DNA of 44,639 nt, counting the filler, from Catajapyx aquilonaris (taxonomy: Eukaryota): assembly GCA_000934665.2 (NCBI GenBank). It is 2 parts of 2 records of this genome, joined end to end, with 100 filler letters (N's around TTAATTAATTAA, not from the genome) between each part and the next. Parts side by side here need not be neighbours in the genome. Positions count along the whole stretch, not along the records: positions 1 to 22,279 come from JYFJ02005886.1; positions 22,380 to 44,639 come from JYFJ02005887.1. One strand, 5' to 3'. This document shows, in pieces, positions 12,768-23,454 of this stretch (position 1 is its first letter; each line of letters starts with the position of its first letter). The position numbers and the translations under genes are program-made. Below the pieces are notes generated by a model, which ran no database searches, was not told the DNA's origin, and saw only the letters and a program-made list of their open reading frames with translations.

Positions 12768-13820
12768 ATGAGTCAAGAGCAACGAGCTTCAAGCAATGTA
12801 AGTACCGCATATGAGAAGTGCTCCAACATCATATTCAGGTAGGCATAAACTTTTTAATGTATTTCGCATGTAAAAGGCAAAGCGACTTTTTGAGAAAGGG
12901 GGGGTTCTTATGTGCGAAAATAAACGAATGACGTTTTTACTTGAATGTGAGATATGCTTATATGCAGTCAAATGCAGGTAGGTGGCTTATTAATTTGTGG
13001 AGTAACTAAGCATATTAAAAAGGCATTATAATTATGCAGCAGGACAAGCCGGGACCCAGCAGAGCACCACCGCCACATCCAGTACTACTCAGGCACATGC
13101 AGACTGAACATGATCTCAGCAATTTTGTAAGGCTGAAAGAAATAATTTGTTGTGGTCCTGCTTACATGCGATGCACGTTGCATAATTATTTATTTATTAT
13201 TTATTTTATTTTTTATTACAGGAACCCCCGTCGCGGAAGAGGTCCAAGAATTACCAACTTCTTCGTTCTCCTAACGTTACTGTAAGTTACTTGCAACGGA
13301 AAAATAATTTCTCTAATTAATATTGATTTTTCTTACATTTTGGTATAATTAGATGAAAGAGCCACTTCTGCCGCATGTGAAGACGCCCAAAAATTACGTA
13401 AATATTCACTGTGACCATTACATGCATTAAAGATTTAAAGGCAAATTGCGCCTCTTGACTGAGACAGGTAATAACATCCGGTGTTATATTTTTATCCAGG
13501 GGCGAGAGGTAATGCCACCCAAGATAAAGCCAACTCCAAAGAGGAAGCTCAAAAATCTTTGGGTATGTGTACGGAAAAAAATACATATAGCCTTATAGAT
13601 TCTGATGTGAGTATGAATGTGACAATGTGCAGCAAGTATGGCTGTCAACTTGGAACTTGCGACATTAATTTTATCAGTACTATTCTCGGCTGATACCGAT
13701 ATCTGTGGTTCATATATGTGTAATAAATTGGTCTTTTTGTCCCCATGTGTACAGGAGGTGGATGAATCTGACAAGTTGCAGTATCGCCGTCGAGGATATT
13801 CTTCAAGGTTCATGGAGTAA
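12768..13820 (+). CDS. Small basic, proline-rich orphan protein, 6 exons, ~116 aa
   Basis: Exons 12768-12797, 13040-13126, 13222-13281, 13353-13397, 13500-13562, 13755-13820. All introns are GT-AG and phase 0 (donors GTAAGT, GTAAGG, GTAAGT, GTAAAT, GTATGT) and the frame is open to TAA. AATAAA at 13951-13956. No recognisable domain. Confidence 0.6.
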
Positions 13821-14634
13821 TTACGGCCGGAAGCAGCAGGTGCTCAAGGACCTTCGTTTTTAAAAATGCATTAATTTGCATTGCCAATGTTATGCATGAA
13901 GGAAAAGGAAGTAAGCCTCCCTTCGTCACTAGTAATTAACCACGTTGGTCAATAAAGCACTTTGTTGTTTACAGTGTGTACTTATTGTGACCCGAATAAT
14001 TATGGTCATATCATGAGTATGTATTTGAGAAATGCCTTTTGATTGATTGATGGTCGAGACGTAGAGTTCTCCACATTTTGGATAATCTCACTATCGCAGG
14101 CTGTGATAGCAGGCCAGCAGGGGTCAACACAACACCCCCCCGTACTCCCTTAGTACAACTATTTGGTACAACGTAAATGTATCAGAGCACCAGAATGTAA
14201 TACTGTAGGCCTACATGTGTGATCTGTGGTGGAAATGGTAGAGTCACTTCCCCTTGGTATTGTCTTTTGATTTGGTTTATCCGCCTGCTCCAGGCAGGCG
14301 ACAAGAAATTACATAAGACTCAGAGTGTACCTCTCCACGGAAATCTTTAGTAAAAGGCGAAAGATTTACACGAGGATTGAAGAGGAACCAGAGTATGAAA
14401 TTTGGCACCCAAAAGGTGCCCAGACATACCTGGACCTGGACATGCTCCAACCCCTCATCATCAGCAAATAATCATTGCAGAAATTTTAATCATGCACTAA
14501 TCGCAAATTCATTTATTTTTTATTCATCTACAATCATGTTTCTTCCCAGCTGTTATTTCGAAAGTTCGTAAATTTAAGTATGGAGGTGTAAACAATTGCA
14601 AACATGTTACATTACGAAAGGTTTGGAGTCCCCA

Positions 14635-14682
14635 CTACCAGATGGCGGGCCAGGCTTTGTGCTCCGGTCAGTAGGTGGCACT
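14635..14682 (+). promoter_or_regulatory. Pair of CTCF-like motifs upstream of spatacsin
   Basis: CTACCAGATGGCGG (14635-14648) and TCAGTAGGTGGCACT (14668-14682) resemble the CTCF core CCASYAGRKGGCRS; motif resemblance only. Confidence 0.3.
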
Positions 14683-14938
14683 GTGGCAGCCAATTCTGTA
14701 CCATAGATTTCTGCTCTAGTAGAGAGTCCGTAAGTGTAGGAAATAGTGCTACAATTAGCCACGTAGTGTCGCCCCATTCCTCTAATATTATATTTGTGAT
14801 TGATAACAGCGCCGACAAACGGATGATATGAAACAACGAAGTAGATTTGGCACGTGAACGTCTTGCATTTTCTAAAGTCTATGGTGATGGAATATCATGT
14901 GTCTGTTGATGGACTGATTGCCGCCTCTTTTTCCAGCG

Positions 14939-17900
14939 ATGGAAGCTGCTGGAGGGAGCGGGGACTCCAGGGATGCGGCCTGGCTGCTCTCCCAGGTCCA
15001 GGCTTCAGTAGGCCAGGAGGACATCGAGGCTGTTCAGGAACATTTGCAGCGGATACGTGAGGGTAAAGTAGCCAGAGCAAGAGCTTGCCAGAGGCATGTT
15101 TTAAAATTAATGTAACTTAATGGTTTGTCTCTGTGCAGATTTTTCAACTGATTGGACTGCGCTGTTAGCTGGACACAGCGATTCCCTGGACGATACGTCA
15201 GCTCTGGCCGTGGCCGCTCTTCGCTGTGTGCTGCAGGAAGCGAAACAGGGCAATTTAAATGCTGGTTTTTCAACCGAGTTACTGAGCAAGTCTGTCATAT
15301 TTTGCACCTCGCTTCTTCGAGTGCTTCACATAGTCCAGGACAAGAGGCCTCATACAGATCTTGCTCAGGACTTGGCTGTGGCTAAGATCAGGCATCGGTT
15401 GACCGCTGACTTTATATCAATTGCTTCTGAACTGAAGAGCTGTGGCAAGAAGCTCCACAACAGCAAAGACGAAGGGCACAATTCGCTGGCAATCTTACTG
15501 TCAGAGCCTCGGATTAAAGAGATATGGCAGCGCTGGTTAAGAATGAACATTGTAGAAGTTGTTAAAGAAGCTGTTGGAATGTCCCAAATGGCACTTTTGC
15601 ATAGCTTTCTGGTCTCGAAAGGCGATTGTGATTCTGAATCTGTTGCTTCAGAGGTGAATTCCATTGTCCACACTTGGGTAGAAGACATGGTGCGGATGAA
15701 CCAGATCGAGAGAGTCCATGAGGTGTATGAAAACATGGGGATAGAGCCATATGAACGATTAAGGCAAGAGATGCGGGACACGCAAGATGGAAGTGTTAGA
15801 CGAGTATTGGGGGATCACTTGCACAGCATGGGTAAACTTTCTGAGGATGAGCTAGAAGGCATGAAGATGATGGAGCGGATGCAAAGAATGTGTGGATATT
15901 TGCGAAGTGATGAGGAGGAGGAGGAGGAGGCAAAGCTGACCATGTTAACACTTCAAGATGTTTTGTGCTGGAGCAAGGAACACTGGAGGATGATTCTAGC
16001 AGAATTTGGTTTCTTGATGGAGGGTGAGGTTTTCTGTCAGAATTTTACAGAGGAAGATAAAAGAAAGTGGTCTCTAATTTAATGAAATAAGTTATAGCAT
16101 ACCGCTTGTGATGCTCTCATTGCAGATGTGGAGTTGCTTAGAGAGGTTCCAGCTGAAACAGCATGGGAATATCTGCTGGTCCATAATGAGATAATTCGAC
16201 TTGACGGATGGATAGAAGCACGTTTTGGCCCAGAATATCATGAATCAAATGCTTTTGATGCGGCTCTACATAAACTTGAGATCACCTCAGATATGATAGA
16301 TTCAGTTTTCGATGTGGACACATTGGATGTTACAAGGAATGCTGTTCTTTGTAATCTCTGTAGGTAAGATTCTTTCTTTGAAGTTGTGCATTACTTGCAT
16401 GTATTTTTGGCACAATATTAAACTCTAATGCAGTCAATTTCACATTTGAAAGAGGATATCATGTTTACCATTTCTGCAAAAGCAGATGAAAATTGAGGCT
16501 TACTCATGCTTGCACAGTTTTATGCACTGCTTTGCTTTATATTTTAGTTCTTAATCTTTAAAGTGTGTTGAAGTTTTGAATTTGTATCATTTCAGGCACT
16601 CTGTGTTCTGCTCCCGTGAGAGTCAGCATGTGAGCCTCATTTTGAGGCGACTTGTAAGCAGCTTTGACGTCACCCACGCACTCTCTGACAAGCTAGCAAT
16701 TCCTCCCGACCTTCATGACCGTTTGGTGGAATTCTATGTTGAAAATAACCTTCCAAAAGGTCTCTTGACTCATCTGGACCGCTTTCATAACCTTCCTGAC
16801 TCTTTATTGGAAAACGTGAAAGACAAGCAATGGTGGGTTCCACTTGTCCTGAATTTTTTTGCCTGGAAGCGAGGACATCACGATTCAAAGTCATTTGTCC
16901 GCCTGGTACGTCAAACAACCAAATCCTTGCTCGGACCTGAAACTAGTGAAGCAGATTACATGGAATCACATCCATTTGTGTCACTGGCACTTTCCATGGC
17001 CAAAGGTCAATCACCAAAAAACACCAAAATCCCAATTCTGTCCCGAGCAATATTTAGTTTGAACCCACAGCAACCACCATTGAGGATCTCAGTGTACGAT
17101 CTTCTTAAGGGCAAAAGTGCATTTGATGTCTCCAGAGTACTCAGGTGGCAGACTGCCGTGAGGAAGCCTGACAGCGTTGCACCAGAGCCACCTCACTTTG
17201 CATCCACTGCACTGGTTAAACAATATGGGCACAGAGAAGTTCTTGACTACATGTACTACTTGAAGCAAGGGAGGCCTAGTTATGCTGCTTCAAGGGCTAC
17301 CATTGACATAATTCAGAAGTACAAGAGTTTGCCTCGCCAAAGGTAAATATGGTTGTCTCTGGCTCTATTTCAGATGGAATCTCCCCTCGATTAATGCTGA
17401 AGTAGCCAAAAGCCACTTTTTACATGGAATTTTTATATTTTCAGTGTTAAAGAAGTGTGTCAAATGGCTCAAGGATTGGCAATGCAGCGCTATTATGACC
17501 ATGCCATTGCATCAGGTTGCATTTCTTTCCTGGAAATGATGGGCCAGAATTCACTGGCTGCTAGACTGAATGTACATGTTGCCAATCACATGTTGTCGTC
17601 AGGTGTGCCTCGAGATGAAATAGGTAGGCTGCACTAAAGTGGAAGTGTGGCATTTAATTACTACTTGGATATTTGATTAATAATTGCAATGGCTCATTCC
17701 AGATGGGCTTATGCGTGGCTTGGTTTTTAACCACTTGGACGCAGCTGCTGCCCTTCTCGACATGCTGGGACATACATTGACTGCACCAGAAGAGCTCACT
17801 TGTAGCACCTGCATTGAGTTTCTCCAAGTCATACACAAGTGGGGGCTGGCTGTCAGTTTTGCTCGACTCTATTCCCTCCCACTACCAGAACACCTGTTGA

Positions 17901-20900
17901 AATTTTTGGCGAAGAAGAACCAGTGGCTTGCACTTCTTTTGGTCCTGCACATATTCCAGTATCCAGTAGATCAGGTGAGAAATCATGCTGGATGGGCAAG
18001 TAATCATGTTTGCATTTGGTTGACTGGCCCACTTTCATCTGAGTGAACTGTGAGTTATTTTCGATGGTCCTTACCAGAGCTTTCGTTCTAGGCCTTTAAG
18101 GTTGTGAAGGAATTTTCTTCAAGTGAACTCCAGCAGCATTTTCACTATGCTTTCCTTCGTGTTCCTCCGCTTGCACAAGAAAGTGGGCTGATTGCACCAC
18201 CCAAGATGAAAACAAGGGACACCAGGCAGACACTGTACTCCAAAATTGGTGTCAAAGCAAAGGGAGATGTAAGTAGATGTGCTTTTATTGGCATCTCTCC
18301 TGCCCCCTGGACATGACCTATCGCAGTTGCCAATTATTTGTCTGCACAGTTCAGTAGTAATACTGTTATGCTTGTAACGACTGCTGTATAAGATCAAATT
18401 AGTTTGATGCGAATGTAAATTTTATTATTGACGATGTGCCATCAGGAGCAACTGCTTGTGAATCTTTAAAAATGCGTTTTTTTTTGCAGTTTTTATTTTG
18501 TAATATTGTCTTTTACCTCTTTGATGCAGGATTCTGGATCTGACGTCCCTAGTGAACTGGAATCTCGCTCACCTTCGAGTGCTGATAGTCCAAGTGATGA
18601 GTCACTTGAAGGGTCAGATATGCATGATGTCCATTACAGTGGGGGTGATTTCTACTCAGTTTTGTACTCATGCAACTTACTTCCGGAGCCTGGGAAGGCT
18701 CTTCTGGGCAATGCTGTATGCATGAAAAATCCAGTTTATGCAGTGATGGCCACTTTTTATGAGGTAATTAGCAGCTGAATGTCACTGGAACTGGCAAGCA
18801 CCACATTTTACTTCACAAATTTTAACAATGAATGATCTTCACTCAGGCTTGTTTACTTGTACAATACTCATTGATATTAATTTCCCTACTTTGGCAGAGC
18901 GTGACGGTCACATCTTGCTTCTGCACATGGTTGTACACATCATTGGTAGCTGAGGTTCAGGATAGTATTTCTTCTTCATACGAAGAAGCACTGAAGCACT
19001 ACTCATGGAGACCCGATGAGCTGGAGAGGCTGCTGAAGCAAGCCCTAATGAGTGGACATATTGCTACGATTGTAGATGGAATGCAGATATTTCTTACTGT
19101 GAGAACAATTAGGTTATGATGCTGTTTTAGTTATCTAAAACATGTAACACTTTCAGGACAGTCCGCTGTACTCATTAAGTTGCTTCTTGCTTGAATGCAT
19201 ATGGAAGCATGACTTTGATGCAGCAAAAGTTCACTTGAAGGCATTTCAAGCTGGTTGCCAGAATCTGAAGTTTATGGCAAGCTCATCAATTGAATCACAG
19301 CCTCTGCATGAACCCCACTGGGTAACATCAGTGTCTGTAAACCTCGTCCACTGCACATTATCGGAATGCTTGGTGTCATCATCACAGAAGCTTCATTTCC
19401 TGGACCTACTCTGTGAACTCTCATTCAACACTTTGCTGCCAGTTGAAGGTATTGCTTTTTTGTCTCTCAACTATCTTGTAAGTCGTTGACAACATTTTGT
19501 CCCTATTCATCCTTTTCGTGGTACTCTTTTGAAACATTTTGAAGTCAATATTATTTTGATGTTNTGATGTTTCAAGGCACATTGTAAGCAATGCTTGATT
19601 GGACATTTGTGGTAGAAGATTCTCATAAATTTTTAAATCTTGGCTGAGTGCAGAAGTGGTGCAACTAATTTTTCTCTTCTGTTTCTTGCAGCCCAAAGTG
19701 CAGATTGGTGTCACTTACGATCAATCCAGAGAATTCTGCTTGACTGCACCATCACTGTGGACTTTGAGTCACTCATATCCGGTGACTATGAATCTGAAGT
19801 AAATCGCATAGTGAGAGAACTTGTCTGGACAAAGTCATTTGCAACAGCCTTAGAACTGGCTACTCTAGCCCGGGTAGCCAAAGACTATATCTTGGTGGAG
19901 CAGATGAAGCTACGTTTTATTGATGAGAATGATCATCACCACCTCCAGACTGAGGACTCTCGAATAACTTTTTGGAGCGAGTGCCATAAGTTTGCAGAGG
20001 ATTCTGGATTGGCTCCAGATCAAGCAGTTTTGTTTTTCAAGGAACATGCTTCTTATGTGCACACCCAGAGAGAAAAGTTTCATGTACTACAGCTTGCGTG
20101 GAAGTGGATCAAGGTTGACCTACAAGGGTAGGTGCACTGAATTTTGACATATCAGCGATTCACAGATTGGAGCCAGAAATGCAAAGGTGTAGAAGAGTTG
20201 ACTGTACAGAATGACCCCACCCCGACTTCCATAAGTGGATTGTTCCACAATATTACGTAAAGGCTCAATTTACAACAGTTGTTGTGGACTGGCTGTATTG
20301 TACAGTAAAACTTCTATAAGTCGAATCTCCATGGGACTGGAAAAAAAACTTAGAGTTATAGAACATTCGAGTTAGAGAAGTTTGGCTTTTTTTTTGAGCA
20401 CATCACTCTATAAGGAAGCCTGCCTTTATATCCAGTGACAAAAGGTGTTCAAAACTTAAAAATAACTCACTATCTCACAATGTTCCTCATTGTTTTGTTG
20501 TAAAATAAATCTCCGATATGGACATTTGCCTACTCATCGATTCAAGGATTCAATTGTCACAATCGAGTCAAACACTTCTTTCGTTACGTCTGGTAGACGG
20601 AGATCAGGAAATTGAGCCTTTCTGTACATGTGGCCTACTCTCGACCCTTCGGCTGGGAAATGAGACAATTTTCCGTACTCGCCAACATGAACTTCGACTT
20701 AGGGAGACTGAAAATGCATTGATATCCCATCGTAAGGCCTTGCCTGCACTTCCAGTTATGGGGATCTTCGAGTTATAGAAATTCGTGTTAGGGAAGTCTA
20801 CTCCTATTATTTTACATTGTGACCAACCAAACTCATCACTTTCTTCGACTTATAGAGAACTTCAACTTAGGGAAGTTCGACTTATAGAAGTTTTACTGTA

Positions 20901-22251
20901 TATTAATTAGCAATTTTAACACACTGCAGTCACTTCATTATGCTTCATTAAAAGATGTTGCCGGGTGTTGCTATTAACCCTTCTGAAACTTTTTCATGGC
21001 AGTAGATTTTTTGTGTTCATACATATTATGTGGAACCAACATAAGCTCTGATTTGAATTGTTGAAAATTCACAATTTTTTTTTTTTTAAATCTGACTCCT
21101 GTCCTTGATGTGTGGCAGAGTTATGTACCATTGACACTGTACATTTCTAATAGCAAGTCAGTTTCTTCCTCATTTTAAAAAGCATTTATTGATACTGTTG
21201 TGATTTGACAGCTAACTGAGAAAATATTCAGCTTTTTATCCTCTTAAAATCTGAAATAATGATGCAATGACTAATGATCTGAAATGTTCACTGCAGAAGC
21301 AAAGAAGAGGATGCAGTGGAAGTGGACTTGTGGCGTTGCTTGCTGTGGGGAGAGATGGAGCAGAAATACGTTGGAGACTTGAAGATATTGCTTGGGGAGG
21401 GGGCTTTTCTCAAATCAGAAGTTGAAAAGGCTAGAGTAGCTGACATTTATCGCAAGACGCTTGATAATAAAGTGGAAGAAGAAGCACTGGAAAGAATAAT
21501 CGACTCCCTGCTCAAGTGTGGGAATGTTCTTACTGCCTGCAGGGTACAGCACATGTTTGGCCACCACAGCAGGGTATGGATTTTTATTCCTTGCATTAGC
21601 TTCACTGGGATAATTGAAACGTAACTTTTTTCTACATTTAAATTCGTATTGGAATGATGCTTTTTTCAGGAGGTGGAATTGATTCTTGGATGCATGTCAC
21701 TGGCTGAGGGCGAGATCCAAGTGGAAGAATTTTATCAGCGTCATCCGCATTTAAGCACTACTGGATCACTCTCAAGAGAGAGGAAATTTTCTGTGATTGG
21801 GACACGTAGTGCCCTGGCCATTGGTTGCAGAAGGATTCAGCGGAGCATTTCCATGTGTGAGACTTTCATAAGTCCTCGTCTTGAAAACAAGCGTGTTGTT
21901 GTTGCCTTAAGAGATGCTGTGGAGAGCCTTAACAGTGGGAATCTTTGTGGACAGAAGATACTGAACTGCTACAAGATAGGGGTCAGCTTGGGCATGGACT
22001 ATGAGGTGACAATTTTGAAGCGTTAAGTGTAACTTTTAGCTTCATTCCTTTTGATTATGAGAAGATATTACTCTTTTTGTAGGCTGTTGTCCGGTGCCTA
22101 GATCCATTTTCGCTTATGAGAAAAATCCTGAGGAATGAATCTTTGGACTCTCGTTATGATTTGGCACGTGGAATAGTAGTTTCAATGCTGATAAATCAGA
22201 GTGACCTGGCTGAATTCTTGTGTGGTGAGATTGTATCTGCTATCACCAAAG
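14939..22251 (+). CDS. SPG11: Spatacsin (SPG11), 3'-partial, 14 exons, ~1522 codons
   Basis: Exons 14939-15062, 15139-16023, 16126-16363, 16596-17342, 17445-17623, 17703-17974, 18092-18268, 18530-18763, 18898-19098, 19157-19448, 19692-20127, 21297-21573, 21670-22005, 22083-22251; GT-AG, phases consistent. PHFASTALVKQYGHREVLDYMYYLKQGRPSYA closely resembles a spatacsin-conserved block as I recall it. The C-terminal domain is absent because the gene runs into the gap; the start codon is tentative. Confidence 0.88.
20303..20898. mobile_element. Tc1/mariner (pogo/Tigger-like) MITE, copy 1
   Basis: TA TSD; TIR CAGTAAAACTTCTATAAGTCGAA at both ends; internal repeats of TTCGAGTTA(T/G)AG; colinear with 34903-35482. 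Confidence 0.88.
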
Positions 22252-22279
22252 GTACAGCTCTGTATTGCAATCGAGCACC

Positions 22280-22379
22280 NNNNNNNNNNNNNNNNNNNNN
22301 NNNNNNNNNNNNNNNNNNNNNNNTTAATTAATTAANNNNNNNNNNNNNNNNNNNNNNNNNNNNNNNNNNNNNNNNNNNN
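22280..22379. other. Artificial assembly spacer (contig join)
   Basis: 44 N + TTAATTAATTAA (22324-22335, stops in all six frames) + 44 N = 100 nt. Confidence 0.92.
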
Positions 22380-22929
22380 CCCCCCCCCCCTCCCCCCAAA
22401 ACGGTCAGGTGGTATATGGACGACCCCTTATTAGCCCTTTTGAGTATGGATAAGTCTGGTCGGTAAATAGATCTCAATCTATCGTACTCCAGAATAGCTG
22501 ACTCTGGAGCCTTGATGTTAGTAAAGGAGGCATTGATGAGATGCACTCCGTTGAGACTTGACCGCACGAGGAGACAGAGGAACCAATATCGATGAGTGCA
22601 TTAGTGAGACTCGGGCCTTGGCTCTTGTGTATGGTAATGGCATGCGCCACACAAATTGGGAATATTATTGTTCCCTGTACACATAGGCTCTATTGATGAC
22701 CTCGAATTTTGTATTTGTATTTGTTTGAAATGCAATGACTGCTTCAGTCAGATAGCTAGCGGTATGCAGGAGGGGGGAGGGGGGGAAGGGAGGGGGTGAG
22801 GAGATGAGAACGTGTGGAAGGCAGGAGGAGCACCAGCATAACTGGAATTTCCGTGGTAAAAAGTAATCCGTGGTAAAAATGCCGCATCTGGTAAAGCAGC
22901 AGCAGACTTCGTGAAAATAATTTTTTTGG

Positions 22930-23325
22930 AGCATTTAGACTCAAAAAAGTGCCGTTTTCAGATTTATTCTGATGTTTCGTTGAGAAGCTCTACCAGCATA
23001 CCAAATTTCAGAATCCTAGGACCACTGGAAATGCCGTATAATTTTGATGATCAGTCAGTCAGTCAGTCAGTGAGTGAGTGTCATATTTTGGCCGTTTTGG
23101 ACGTTTTTAGGATTTTTTAAGTCGGAAATGACAAGAGATATAAACATGGAAGTAAAGGAGTATTATTTTTAACCGATTTTTATCTACCCAAATTAAAATT
23201 TTGAAGCCATCTATGTTCACCAGTGCGAAGATTCGAGGGGGTCAAAATGACGTGAGTTGTGTCGGGTAAAGGTGGTCCGCCAGTGCGGCGAGAACTTGGC
23301 GGGGGCACGGCCGTGCCCCCTCCCC
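22930..23325. mobile_element. Probable non-autonomous Helitron/Helentron (DINE-like) remnant; boundaries approximate
   Basis: ACCAAATTTCAG...CTAGG motif, internal (TCAG)n/(TGAG)n microsatellite ~23050-23080 and a perfect 20-bp palindrome GGGGGCACGGCCGTGCCCCC at 23301-23320. Confidence 0.4.
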
Positions 23326-23454
23326 TAATTATACCTTTTGACATTTGGAAGCACAAGGGTAATCTTGAGTTATATAGAAAATGCAATAGTATTACGTTAT
23401 CAAAACCAATCATAATGCTCTAAATCAGCACTGCAACTGTTCCTCTTCTTCCAG

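Noticed and set aside
12768..14939. Orphan exons as the missing 5' end of spatacsin
   Set aside because: Orphan introns are phase 0 with their own stop and AATAAA, whereas the 14936 acceptor would need phase 1.
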